64,000 nt of DNA from an uncultured Planctomycetia bacterium (GTDB lineage Bacteria; Omnitrophota; Gorgyraeia; VGKH01; JBHPFN01): assembly GCA_964406665.1 (NCBI GenBank), contig CAYOSQ010000006.1:23577-87576 (forward strand), in the 5' to 3' direction. The notes under the pieces are model-generated. The model saw only the letters and a list, made by a program, of their open reading frames with translations. It made no database searches and was not told the DNA's origin. The translations under genes were made by a program, and so were the position numbers. Below, piece by piece: positions 31,356 through 41,136 of the stretch; position 1 is the first letter of the stretch, and every line of letters begins with the position of its first letter.

Positions 31356-32648
31356 TTATAATCCTACCTTTTTAAATATTTTATCCATATGTTTTATATA
31401 ATATTTAACGTTAAAGAAAGAATCTATTTCATCCTGACTTAGATGTCTTCTTACCTTTCTATCTCTTGAGAGAATATCCTTAAACTCAGATCCTGTCTGC
31501 CAAGCCTGCAGGGCGCAGCGTTGAATTACATCATAAGCAGCAGTTCTGGCCAAGCCTTTATCCATAAGCTCAACGAGAATTCTTTGAGAATAAATTGCAC
31601 CTTTACTTTTAGCAAGGTTAGCAATCATATTCTTAGGATGAACTGATAAACCTTCCATAACATTAATAAATTTATTAAGCATATAATCAAGTGCTGTAGC
31701 ACTATCCGGTATCGCGACTCTCTCTGCTGAAGAATGACTGATATCTCTTTCATGCCATAAAGCAATATTTTCTAAACCAATCAACGCATTAGCACGAAGT
31801 ACCCGAGATAATCCGCATATACGTTCGCAAGTAATGGGGTTCTTTTTATGCGGCATCGCAGAAGATCCGATTTGACCTTTATAAAAAGATTCTTCGGCCT
31901 CAGCTACTTCTGTTCTCTGAAGATGTCTAATCTCCAGGGCAAATTTCTCAAGCGAAGAACCAACTATTGCTAAAGTATTAAGAAACTGCGCATGTAGATC
32001 TCTTTGAATAATTTGAGTTCCGATTGCCGCAGCATTAATGCCAAGTTTGCCACATACAAATTCTTCTACCTTAGGATCAATGTGCACATAAGTTCCCACT
32101 GCTCCGGAAACCTTACCAACTGAAATTGCCTCTCTTGCCAGTTCTAGCCTAGCAAGATTTCTCTTAGTCTCATCATACCAAACAGCTAATTTGAAACCGA
32201 AACTTATAGGTTCGGCATGAACACCATGAGTTCTAGCAACACATAATGTTTCTTTATATTTTTTTGATTTTGTAGCTAAAACGGTGATTAATTTTTTGGT
32301 GTCTTCAATTAATATATCAGATGCTTCTTTACACTGAAGTGCTAAAGTTGTATCCAGAAGGTCTGATGAGGTTAATCCCACGTGAAGATAGCGGGCCTCA
32401 GGTCCTAGATTTTCTGCAACATTAGTTAAAAATGCAACTATGTCGTGCTTAGTTTTCTCTTCCAGCTTTTGTACTGACTCTAAATCGAATTTGGCTTTCT
32501 TTTTTATTTTTTCTAATGCTTTTTTTGGAATTTTGTTAAGCTTAGTTAAAGCTTCACATACCAAAACTTCAATCTTGAGCATTTTGGAAAACTTACTTTC
32601 ATCTTCCCAAATACGCCCCATTTTTGTTAATGTGTATCTTTCTATCAT
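31356..32648 (-). CDS. purB: adenylosuccinate lyase
   Basis: Fumarate-lyase family; start set at the internal Met (MIERYTL) preceded by GGGGTGA RBS and downstream of the predicted promoter; the ORF-track start 32690 lies inside the promoter region. Confidence 0.9.
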   Translation of the reverse strand: MIERYTLTKMGRIWEDESKFSKMLKIEVLVCEALTKLNKIPKKALEKIKKKAKFDLESVQKLEEKTKHDIVAFLTNVAENLGPEARYLHVGLTSSDLLDTTLALQCKEASDILIEDTKKLITVLATKSKKYKETLCVARTHGVHAEPISFGFKLAVWYDETKRNLARLELAREAISVGKVSGAVGTYVHIDPKVEEFVCGKLGINAAAIGTQIIQRDLHAQFLNTLAIVGSSLEKFALEIRHLQRTEVAEAEESFYKGQIGSSAMPHKKNPITCERICGLSRVLRANALIGLENIALWHERDISHSSAERVAIPDSATALDYMLNKFINVMEGLSVHPKNMIANLAKSKGAIYSQRILVELMDKGLARTAAYDVIQRCALQAWQTGSEFKDILSRDRKVRRHLSQDEIDSFFNVKYYIKHMDKIFKKVGL

Positions 32649-32680
32649 GCTATCACCCCTTCTGTTAAATGAGAAAGAGT

Positions 32681-32710
32681 AGTATACCAAATATTAAAAC
32701 GATTAGTCAA
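32681..32710 (-). promoter_or_regulatory. sigma-70-like promoter upstream of purB (TTGACT-N18-TATACT, read on minus strand)
   Basis: Minus-strand -35 TTGACT (32705-32710) and -10 TATACT (32681-32686), about 30 nt upstream of the purB ATG. Confidence 0.4.
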
Positions 32711-32824
32711 GTAAAATGTATTAAAAAATGCTATTTTTTAGCTAAAATTTGATAAAATTTACGTAAATGGTTGATTTTATTATAGTTTCAATCGAAATAT
32801 AATTGGTGGCGGGAATAGGAATCA

Positions 32825-34021
32825 CTAACGATGTTGCTGAAATTTCTCTAAAACTTTCTGTAAATCGCGCACATCAATCAATCCCATATTAATAATTACC
32901 TCACCAAGCCTCTGACCCGAAAGCCAGTGTCTGTTTAAAGCTTCCTCTAAATTCTTCTCATTAATTATTTTTTCATCCAATAATAGTTGTCCAATTGGCT
33001 TAAAAGCTGCTATTTCATGAGAAAGAATTTTTTTCTGAGCTTTTTTATCAACAATTAATCCCCCTGTTCTCTGTGGCTTACCTAAATTGATGCTTCTTCT
33101 ATTTACCAGATAATTACTTCCAGGCAAACCTTTAAGATGTTTCTTTATTTCAAAAATGGTTTCAGACAATTGAATAGCATTCTGAATCCAGTGCGCTTTA
33201 TTATTAACTATAGCAACAGATATACTCATCAAAGGCATCTTTTTAATTTTATGAGCTCTATCTCTAGCCATAACGAAACCTTTATCTCTGTCCTCGATAA
33301 CATAATGAAAAGGCATAAGCCTATCAAACTGCTTAATTACGTCCATTGCTATGGCCTCTTCCTTAACCGGAGTAGTAACTACAATAAAATCATCCCCTCC
33401 GATGTGACCGACGAAATCACCGCTGTTGCCTATGCTGCGAATTGCATTATTGATTATATGAGCAGTCTGTAAAATAACAGAATCACCCTTCATATAACTA
33501 TATTTATCATTGAACGATTTAAAATTATTAACATCAAAATACAAAAATGAGAATATCAAACGGTCTTGGATCTTTGCGTTAGTAACTTTTTCAATCTCGC
33601 GAGATCCGGGCAATTTAGTAAGAGAATTTGTCTGAACGTGATGCTCGGTCCTGCGCAGAGCCATTTCCATTCTTACCTCAAGATCTATAGGGTCCGGCGG
33701 CTTCAACAGATAATCATCAATGCCGTGCTCTATCTCAAAAAGCTTTTTCCTGATTTGCCTTTTTTCTATTAACAGAATAATCGGAATCGATGAAGTGACA
33801 AAATCTTTCTTAAGGAATTTACTTATTTTAAGTCCGCCGCTGGGGGGTAAATCATAGTCTAGAATAATCAAATCAGGCCTAAACTGCAAGACGATATCAA
33901 TCATAGATGAGCCATCTTTTATAAACTTTATTTCATAACCGTAGGAGGTCAAAAGCTTATACAAGAGCTCAGACACTAAGCCCGAATGTTCCGCAAGAAG
34001 TATCTTTTTCTTCTTATTCAT
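32825..34021 (-). CDS. response regulator with receiver domain, GGDEF-like domain (GGDDF variant) and C-terminal MshEN-type c-di-GMP-binding domain
   Basis: REC domain (ILLAEHSG...PDLIILDYDLPPSGG), GGDEF-fold segment with HIGGDDF, C-terminal RLGEVIINMGLIDVRDLQKVLEKFQ matching the MshEN pattern. Start at MNKKKK. Confidence 0.7.
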   Translation of the reverse strand: MNKKKKILLAEHSGLVSELLYKLLTSYGYEIKFIKDGSSMIDIVLQFRPDLIILDYDLPPSGGLKISKFLKKDFVTSSIPIILLIEKRQIRKKLFEIEHGIDDYLLKPPDPIDLEVRMEMALRRTEHHVQTNSLTKLPGSREIEKVTNAKIQDRLIFSFLYFDVNNFKSFNDKYSYMKGDSVILQTAHIINNAIRSIGNSGDFVGHIGGDDFIVVTTPVKEEAIAMDVIKQFDRLMPFHYVIEDRDKGFVMARDRAHKIKKMPLMSISVAIVNNKAHWIQNAIQLSETIFEIKKHLKGLPGSNYLVNRRSINLGKPQRTGGLIVDKKAQKKILSHEIAAFKPIGQLLLDEKIINEKNLEEALNRHWLSGQRLGEVIINMGLIDVRDLQKVLEKFQQHR

Positions 34022-34060
34022 AACTTCTTTTATTTTAAAACATAACAGTAAATAAAGCAA

Positions 34061-34095
34061 TTAAAAAACCACCAGAGAAATGGTGGTTTTATTTT
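34061..34095. terminator. bidirectional rho-independent terminator-like hairpin
   Basis: 8-bp stem aaccacca/tggtggtt (34067-34088) flanked by T-runs on both strands; lies downstream of the 34118-34492 gene. Confidence 0.45.
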
Positions 34096-34117
34096 TAAAT
34101 ATTTTTAGAAAGTATGA

Positions 34118-34492
34118 TTATTTTGTAGTAAATCTATTATAGCATCTCTCTTCGAGCTTTTGCCTACGCTCACCAATCTTTTGACCGGGCCCTGGTCCTA
34201 AAACACAATCGGGCCCCTTCCCCACTTTTTTGCAAGCCTCATCCCAAGATAAAGAATATGTTTCTTCAACATCTTTGAGACATCTATCTAATTCTTTATT
34301 ATTCAGACGTAATTTTTTGATATCGTATAAGCGTTTTTGTTCATTAATAAGAAAATTTTCATCATCCGAAGTTGTAGAAAATTTTGATAGAGTAATAGAT
34401 GCACCGGCAATAATTGCTACTGCCGCAATAATTAAAATAATCTTTAACGCTGCACTGGATTTTGTATTAGACATGTTCTCCTTTCTTGACAA
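34118..34492 (-). CDS. small membrane-anchored Cys-containing protein (hypothetical)
   Basis: 124 aa; N-terminal hydrophobic anchor, four Cys in the C-terminal half. Confidence 0.4.
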   Translation of the reverse strand: MSRKENMSNTKSSAALKIILIIAAVAIIAGASITLSKFSTTSDDENFLINEQKRLYDIKKLRLNNKELDRCLKDVEETYSLSWDEACKKVGKGPDCVLGPGPGQKIGERRQKLEERCYNRFTTK

Positions 34493-35084
34493 ACAATAAA
34501 GGAAATACTATGTCGCTGATACAACAAGGTATCCAAACAGCTATGAACAGAAAGAAAAATACAGCTACATAGGAGAAACAGCTCACACACTCACCTTTTG
34601 CCATCATCATATGAAACAGCGATGCCCAGGTACTTACAAAAACGTGTCCAGCGTGAGGGAATTTTGTCATTGGTCTAAAATAAGCTATGGCAATGCCTAC
34701 TAAAGCTAATGGAATTACTATCCATGCTTCTTCCAGAAAACCTATATGTGCTTCTCTATGTGGCATATTTAACATTGTCTCACCTATATAAGGAATAATA
34801 GAATCACTCAATGTAGCTATGCCAATCGAACCCACAAAACCAATTGCTAACAATGCAAAAATATTACATTTGATTTTTTTTCCTGCACATTTATGCAAAC
34901 TAAATAAAGAGGCTGTTACTAATGCGCTTAATAAAACGTGGGTAGGATGCAAAATATAGAAAATCTTATAAGACACATCTGAAGACAATCCTCGGAACAA
35001 TAACATGATTACTATTCCTGATATTGCCCCGAGGATAGTAAAAGGCATGTGGTGCCGCAATTCCTTTAAAATGAGCGATATCAT
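34467..35084 (-). CDS. polytopic membrane protein with duplicated His-containing motifs (hypothetical)
   Basis: 205 aa; about six TM helices; internal duplication HPTHVLLSALVTASLF / HAGHVFVSTWASLFH. Confidence 0.45.
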   Translation of the reverse strand: MISLILKELRHHMPFTILGAISGIVIMLLFRGLSSDVSYKIFYILHPTHVLLSALVTASLFSLHKCAGKKIKCNIFALLAIGFVGSIGIATLSDSIIPYIGETMLNMPHREAHIGFLEEAWIVIPLALVGIAIAYFRPMTKFPHAGHVFVSTWASLFHMMMAKGECVSCFSYVAVFFFLFIAVWIPCCISDIVFPLLFVKKGEHV

Positions 35085-35102
35085 TATTTATAAAAACGCT
35101 CC

Positions 35103-37262
35103 TTAAACTCCATGTGCTTTGCGAGCAACTTTTTTAATCATTAAAATTATAAAAATAATAACTGCGCAGAAACTCAAAAATTTCAGCCATCCACGCAATC
35201 TTTCAGATAATCCAAAATAATTAACACTTAACCAAGGGCTTTCTTTTTCGGTTACCAATAATTTTGAAAATCTCAAAAATCTTCCCTGCTGAGGTATGTC
35301 TATTTTAATCGGCAGCACACCCTTTCTCTGAGTTAATCTTCCCTTCTTTGAAGAGTATTGGTCGTAAACAGCTTTTTCTTCTCGGGCGTACTGATCCATT
35401 CTTCCAGCTACGCTCTGAACGCCGCTACGCAATAATCCCAAACCTGCGCCGTGAGACTTACTTGTAACTTGCCTTACATCTCCGCCGAAATTGAAATACG
35501 CATGATCTAGCGGCAGATAAACAGACCAGTAAAATTCACTTATCGGTATATCAACTTTGGGTAGATTTAATTTTAACTGCCCCACAAAATTCATCTTTTT
35601 GAATTTGTCTAAATAAACAACTTCTACAGGAAATCTTGTCAAGCTTTCTCCCTGAAGTTGAGATTTCTGAAGAGGAATAAGAATATTTCCATCTTTGTCT
35701 TTTGCTGGCTTAACCGGCTTACCAGCAACAAATGTACTCCAAAGAATAGAGTCCTTAGGTAGTTCAATACGGATAAACTGTTTAACATTGTTTCTCACCT
35801 GGTATGTTGCCTTAGTTAAACTCTTTCCCTCACCAGTATACAAAGTAACATAATTTACAGAATCAACAGCAGCAACTAAAACCGGTATTTCCTCATGGCG
35901 GGTAACTTCTATAGTAATATCAACAGGATGTTTTAGATATTTAAAGGCTAGCAGAATGGGATTCTCCGAACTGCTCCACATAGAACTTGGTAGCTCCTTA
36001 ACATCTATCTCACTAGCACCTTCAATTTCTGTTGCTTCAAGCTCAACATTAGTAGTTGCAGCAATGCCGTAATAGCCCTTTTCTCTTTCTACATCTAGAG
36101 CAATAACTTCAGGCACCTGTGCCACCACAGAACCTTCACCAATATTTCTTTCAAAAACTAAATTCAACAGATAATTACCCTTGATGCCAAAATTAAGAAA
36201 AACATCCAAATACTGGATGCCATCTTTCTGGGAGATTTTCCAATCCCTTAATTCTCTTCCACTAACATCTAAAACACTAACATCCTCTGGCAATGCAACA
36301 CGGATATTAGATATTTCAGACTGCAAAATTGAATAATTCAACGTTGTCTGACAATGCATAATACCTTCACCAACAGATACGTTTGTTGAAGTATCAGCGT
36401 GAATTTTTGGCTCAAGCTTAACCGGCGTTATAATTTCTTTGGGCAATGCCTTTGTCCATCGAACTGTAATTCTTGGCGTATTTGGCATAACTGCCCATGC
36501 CACAGTCTGTTTTGGCTCTTCTTTAACTTCTACTTTTATTGCTGGCTCAATAAATATCTGAACATTCTGCTCTGGCATAGTAAACTCAAACTGCGAAATC
36601 GGCGCAGGTAATACTTCAACGTTAAAATTACCCGGTCCTCCTTCTCTTTCACGTGAAGCCTTAATTAAGAACTCTACATCTAAATTATACCTTCCGGGCC
36701 TGTCTATCATAAGATAATACTTACCACCCTGCATAATTATAAAGGAAGATTTTCTATTAACACTTACATCAATCAACCCAACGCTACTGCTAACTAAAGG
36801 AATCTGTGTCCAACCATTAAGCTGAAAAACTTCAAAAACAACTTTTCCGCTTACTGTTACGACATTTTCTTCCAGCTCGGCTTTGTAATTTGTTTGATAA
36901 ATAGCGTATGGAGAAAGAATTGTAGACTCCTGCGGAACTTCTAAATCAGCTTCTAAGAGACGTTGGCTGCTTACCTGAACAGCACCACCTCTTGGACGAA
37001 TAATCTGATCTGATCCCCCTTGATCATATTGTATTGTCTGAGAAGTTTGCGGAGCGTAATACTCTTGTTGGAAATTTATATTACTCTGGGTATTTAACCT
37101 TTGTTGCAGTTTATCTTTAAAACCTCCTGCCAAAATCATTTCAGGTGAAACCAAAACAAAGGATGCGATTACAAAAAATAAAACTACCCTACGTAAAAGA
37201 ATAGCTTTCATCTGCTTCCTCCCTTTTTGTATATATTTATATAACGCCTCACTTGTGCGCAT
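35103..37262 (-). CDS. large envelope protein with N-terminal signal/anchor and C-terminal TM anchor (hypothetical)
   Basis: 719 aa; hydrophobic N-terminal segment and C-terminal TM helix; no recognised catalytic motif. Confidence 0.5.
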   Translation of the reverse strand: MRTSEALYKYIQKGRKQMKAILLRRVVLFFVIASFVLVSPEMILAGGFKDKLQQRLNTQSNINFQQEYYAPQTSQTIQYDQGGSDQIIRPRGGAVQVSSQRLLEADLEVPQESTILSPYAIYQTNYKAELEENVVTVSGKVVFEVFQLNGWTQIPLVSSSVGLIDVSVNRKSSFIIMQGGKYYLMIDRPGRYNLDVEFLIKASREREGGPGNFNVEVLPAPISQFEFTMPEQNVQIFIEPAIKVEVKEEPKQTVAWAVMPNTPRITVRWTKALPKEIITPVKLEPKIHADTSTNVSVGEGIMHCQTTLNYSILQSEISNIRVALPEDVSVLDVSGRELRDWKISQKDGIQYLDVFLNFGIKGNYLLNLVFERNIGEGSVVAQVPEVIALDVEREKGYYGIAATTNVELEATEIEGASEIDVKELPSSMWSSSENPILLAFKYLKHPVDITIEVTRHEEIPVLVAAVDSVNYVTLYTGEGKSLTKATYQVRNNVKQFIRIELPKDSILWSTFVAGKPVKPAKDKDGNILIPLQKSQLQGESLTRFPVEVVYLDKFKKMNFVGQLKLNLPKVDIPISEFYWSVYLPLDHAYFNFGGDVRQVTSKSHGAGLGLLRSGVQSVAGRMDQYAREEKAVYDQYSSKKGRLTQRKGVLPIKIDIPQQGRFLRFSKLLVTEKESPWLSVNYFGLSERLRGWLKFLSFCAVIIFIILMIKKVARKAHGV

Positions 37263-37320
37263 AGAAAGATTATATAACCTAAATTTTTGTTTTTCAAGGA
37301 ATTATATTATTCTACAAAAT

Positions 37321-39099
37321 CTACTCTAATTGCCGTAAATAGCTATCGATTACCTCTTTAGCCTTTTCTTTTCCCTGCTCAACTGTGATTTCTCTTGCTC
37401 TTAGTAAAACTTCTTTGGCTTTTTCTTTTTCGCCGATAGTAGAATAAACGTGGTTTAAATTTATATACGCACTTATTTTTTTAGGATCTATTTCAATAGC
37501 TTTTTTATAGTTAAAAATTGCCTCATTAAACTTTCCAAACCTTACATAGATATCACCTAAGGCACGATGAGATTTAGCATAATTAGGATTTAACTCTAAT
37601 GATTTCTCATAAGAGCTTAACGCCATCTGAACATGCCAAATATCCCGATAGGCATTACCGAGATTATAAAAAGCCTGGGCGCCGTTTGGGTTTTTTTCTG
37701 TAGCAATTTTAAACATCTCAAGTGCTTCAGGCTGCTTACCTATTTTTTTATACAAATATCCTAAATTATTATAAGTGGCATAAAAGTCAGGTGCGATTTT
37801 GATTGCAATAGTGAATTCTTCTATTGCCTTCTCATAATTCTTCTCCTTTCGATATACTATCCCCATATTATTATGAGCCCTAGGACTATAAGGAGAAGTT
37901 TTTAGTGTTGCTCGGGCAAAAACAGAATTGTTCTTCCAATCTCTATTTCTGATAATTGTACGCAGACTATAAGAAAATAGTATGCAAATAAACAGCAAAA
38001 TTATCCATTTTCTTGAGTTTCTATCTTTTTTAGAATAATATTTTTCAAATAAAAAGCTTAGTAAAATAAACAGAAAAATCGACGGGAAATAAACATACCT
38101 TTCTGCTATTGACGAAGCTATGGAAAACGGAAGATATGTCGGAATAAGAAAAATGATGAATATGCCTAATCCAAAAACTACCGGTTTTGCTTTTTTTAGT
38201 AAAAGCGGTATGAAGCAAAATAATAATAAAATTACAGCTAACCCACACCAATTTGCCCATGTCGGAAAAATCAAAGGTTCATGATACATGGTAAGCTTAG
38301 CTGGCCACACTAACAACCAAAGATGAACGAAAAATGAGCGGATAAAATTGAAAACGGGATTGTTTAATGATATGGTTGCTCCCCGAGAAGCTGCAACTGT
38401 TTCTATTCTGCTTTGAAGAATTCCCAAAGCAAGAATCGCTCTTATTAAACTGATGCAAATAAACGGCAGCAATAATTTCCAAGATTTTTTTAAACGATTA
38501 AATATAAATTCTGATAAAACTAAAACTAGACAAAACAATATAAAAAAAGGATAATTTTCTATTATATTATAAGAAAAGATTATTAAAGTTAAAAAATATA
38601 TTCTATAATCTACCTTTTTATTATTAGATAGTGCAGTTGTTATCTTTTGAAACAAAAGGTAAATCGTAAGTACAAAAAAGGTCATGATCGCCTGAGATCT
38701 ACCAGATATCCACGTAACAACCTCAGTATGCATAGGATGCACTGCAAACAAACAAGCTCCCAAAAAAGAAGCTTCCCCGCTAAAAAGTAATTTTAAGAAT
38801 AAAAAAAGTAAGACAGTACTTAGGATATGAAAAATGATACTGGCTATATGATAAGGTATGACATTAAATTCTGCTATTTGGTAACACAATGAATTTAAGA
38901 AATCATGCGGTGCCGACCAGTTCTGCGCTAGCTTGTATATACCAGGATTATTGATAATCGCGTTGTTATCATCAACAATAATGAATTCGTTATTTATAGA
39001 ATTAGCGTAGACCGTTAGACAAAGAACCGTTAAAATCGCAAATACACATATCTTTTTAATTTCAAAATTAAATAATCGCATAGATTGATCTTTCTGCAT
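37321..39099 (-). CDS. polytopic membrane protein with C-terminal TPR repeats (GT-C glycosyltransferase-like architecture)
   Basis: 592 aa; about ten N-terminal TM helices, then several TPR units (AHNNMGIVYRKEKNYEKAIEEF..., AQAFYNLGNAY...). Confidence 0.6.
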   Translation of the reverse strand: MQKDQSMRLFNFEIKKICVFAILTVLCLTVYANSINNEFIIVDDNNAIINNPGIYKLAQNWSAPHDFLNSLCYQIAEFNVIPYHIASIIFHILSTVLLFLFLKLLFSGEASFLGACLFAVHPMHTEVVTWISGRSQAIMTFFVLTIYLLFQKITTALSNNKKVDYRIYFLTLIIFSYNIIENYPFFILFCLVLVLSEFIFNRLKKSWKLLLPFICISLIRAILALGILQSRIETVAASRGATISLNNPVFNFIRSFFVHLWLLVWPAKLTMYHEPLIFPTWANWCGLAVILLLFCFIPLLLKKAKPVVFGLGIFIIFLIPTYLPFSIASSIAERYVYFPSIFLFILLSFLFEKYYSKKDRNSRKWIILLFICILFSYSLRTIIRNRDWKNNSVFARATLKTSPYSPRAHNNMGIVYRKEKNYEKAIEEFTIAIKIAPDFYATYNNLGYLYKKIGKQPEALEMFKIATEKNPNGAQAFYNLGNAYRDIWHVQMALSSYEKSLELNPNYAKSHRALGDIYVRFGKFNEAIFNYKKAIEIDPKKISAYINLNHVYSTIGEKEKAKEVLLRAREITVEQGKEKAKEVIDSYLRQLE

Positions 39100-39162
39100 A
39101 TTACTATAATACTTAATAGAATAATAGGCAAGTTGATTATGGGCTTAAGTACTGACGAAAGA

Positions 39163-39639
39163 TTATTTGGCTGGTTTCTTTTTAAGATGTCCGGGAGTTA
39201 AATCTACGATCTCCTCTACTTCCATCTCAATTAAATACTGCGGGTGGGGAAAAAGCGCTTCAGGATGATGCGAGCTCTTCTTACTTTCTTTAATTCCATG
39301 AAGAACTCTCTTGGAAATCCTCTCGACTACCCGTGATTCCCAATCATTTATAATGCTGGCATTAATATCGTTTTTTTCTACAATGCTCGCTTTACCTTTT
39401 AATGTATATCCTATGAATCTATGTTCATCTACTGCGGTAATGGTTACTGTTTTATCTCTTTTCAGATTTTTGAATGTTCTTGCTCTGTAGATATCTATGA
39501 GATAGATTTTTCCTTCTGGTTCAACACCGGCCACACCTTTTGCCGAACAGTGTATACTGTTATTTTCATCCAATGTAGAAACTATGGCGAATCCTTGCTT
39601 CTCTAAAAAATAAACAATATCGTCCGGTATATTCTTCAT
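39163..39639 (-). CDS. pyridoxamine 5'-phosphate oxidase-like FMN-binding split-barrel protein
   Basis: 158 aa; PNPOx-like N-terminal pattern (GFAIVSTLDENNSIHCSAKGV). Confidence 0.55.
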   Translation of the reverse strand: MKNIPDDIVYFLEKQGFAIVSTLDENNSIHCSAKGVAGVEPEGKIYLIDIYRARTFKNLKRDKTVTITAVDEHRFIGYTLKGKASIVEKNDINASIINDWESRVVERISKRVLHGIKESKKSSHHPEALFPHPQYLIEMEVEEIVDLTPGHLKKKPAK

Positions 39640-39642
39640 AAA

Positions 39643-40563
39643 TTAAAATTTATTTGTAGATAAATATTCAAAAGCGCAAAGACAAGACTTGGAGCCTTCT
39701 CCGGCAGCTATTATTATCTGCTTCTCTGGAACAGTGGTAACATCGCCGGCTGCAAAAATTCCCTCAATATTTGTTTCGTTTCTAAAATTTACTTTTATTT
39801 CTCCTGATTTATTTTTTTCTAGAATTCCGGCGAACTCTGAATTAGGAATTAGGCCAATCTCTACAAATACTCCTTCAACAGATAAAACTTCCTCTTTGTT
39901 TTCAGTTTTTATTTTAATGCTGTTTACAAAACTGTTACCTTGTATTGCGACAACTTGAGAATTATTAAAAATAGTTACGTTCTTACTTTTTTTAACCTTC
40001 TCAAGCATAATCGCATCCCCGGTAAGTGAGGAAGCTATGTTTATTATATAAACTTGATTGGCAATTTTGATAAGTTGCAGAGCTGCATCTAAAGCAGAGT
40101 TTCCTCCGCCGATAATAGCTACATCTTTTCCGGAAAATATCGGTCCGTCGCATGTAGCGCAATAAGTGAGTCCTTTATTTTTATATTTTGTTTCTCCGCT
40201 TACACCTAATTCTTTCCATCTTTTCCCCGAGGCAACAATAGCGGTTTTACAAATGTATTCGTCTTTTTCACTTTTTATAGAAATCAACCTATCTTTTTTC
40301 TCGATTGCTACAACAGCTTCATTTTCTTTCACAGGGATGTTGAATTTCTTCATATGTTCTTCAAACTTAATCGCTAATTCAGGACCAGTAACAAACTGAT
40401 ACCCGGTATAGTTTTCTACATCCCCGCTTAAAGCTGCTTGTCCGCCGATATCTTTAGTAATTACTAAAAGGCTCATCCTTTTTCTGGCTGCATAGACTGC
40501 GGCCGTTATACCTGCAGGACCAGCACCAATAATGATTAAATCGAATACTTTGTTTTCTGGCAT
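39643..40563 (-). CDS. thioredoxin-disulfide reductase-like FAD/NAD(P) oxidoreductase
   Basis: 306 aa; FAD motif IIGAGPAG, redox-active CATCDG, second GGGNSALD dinucleotide motif. Confidence 0.7.
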   Translation of the reverse strand: MPENKVFDLIIIGAGPAGITAAVYAARKRMSLLVITKDIGGQAALSGDVENYTGYQFVTGPELAIKFEEHMKKFNIPVKENEAVVAIEKKDRLISIKSEKDEYICKTAIVASGKRWKELGVSGETKYKNKGLTYCATCDGPIFSGKDVAIIGGGNSALDAALQLIKIANQVYIINIASSLTGDAIMLEKVKKSKNVTIFNNSQVVAIQGNSFVNSIKIKTENKEEVLSVEGVFVEIGLIPNSEFAGILEKNKSGEIKVNFRNETNIEGIFAAGDVTTVPEKQIIIAAGEGSKSCLCAFEYLSTNKF

Positions 40564-40584
40564 ATAGTAGCTTACTTAAAAGAG

Positions 40585-41061
40585 CTATATAAGTTTTCTT
40601 ATTTCAGATAACTTAAGCAGATGATCTTTTTCCTGAGTAATCAATTCATCAAGAATCTTATGTTCATGTTCTCTGACAGCTTTTTTCATTGCTTCATAAA
40701 AAACAATTGAGTCTTTCTCGAATTGAATACCAAGATCAATAGCTTCTTTATCATCCTGAACCTTATCTGCCACTTCTTTACCTTTATTTGCCTGTGTAAA
40801 GATATGCTCTGCAGCTAAAGACTTCATGTACTCGGCTTCTTCTCCGGGGAAAGATTCCGGAGCATCATATTGTTCAATAGTTTCTGATAATTTTTGAAAT
40901 GCTACGATATGCTTATCTTCTTCATCCCCAAGAAAAATAAATATTTCTTTGGTTTTTTCACTTTGTGCTTTAGTTGCCATGATTTCATAGAAAACTTTAC
41001 CGTTTTTTTCAATCTGTACAGCAGTATCTACTATTTCACCTGCGCCAAATAGATTTCCCAT
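40585..41061 (-). CDS. ferritin-like (rubrerythrin-type diiron) domain protein
   Basis: Paired E...EXXH-type motifs (EEDKH, EHEHK); start at MGNLF preceded by GAGGAGG RBS; ORF-track start 41094 rejected. Confidence 0.55.
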   Translation of the reverse strand: MGNLFGAGEIVDTAVQIEKNGKVFYEIMATKAQSEKTKEIFIFLGDEEDKHIVAFQKLSETIEQYDAPESFPGEEAEYMKSLAAEHIFTQANKGKEVADKVQDDKEAIDLGIQFEKDSIVFYEAMKKAVREHEHKILDELITQEKDHLLKLSEIRKLI

Positions 41062-41136
41062 ATTGCCTCCTCTTAAAATAGGCGCTTCGTGCACCTATTT
41101 TACTAATCGGAATTTTTCAAATTCCGATGCTGTAAA

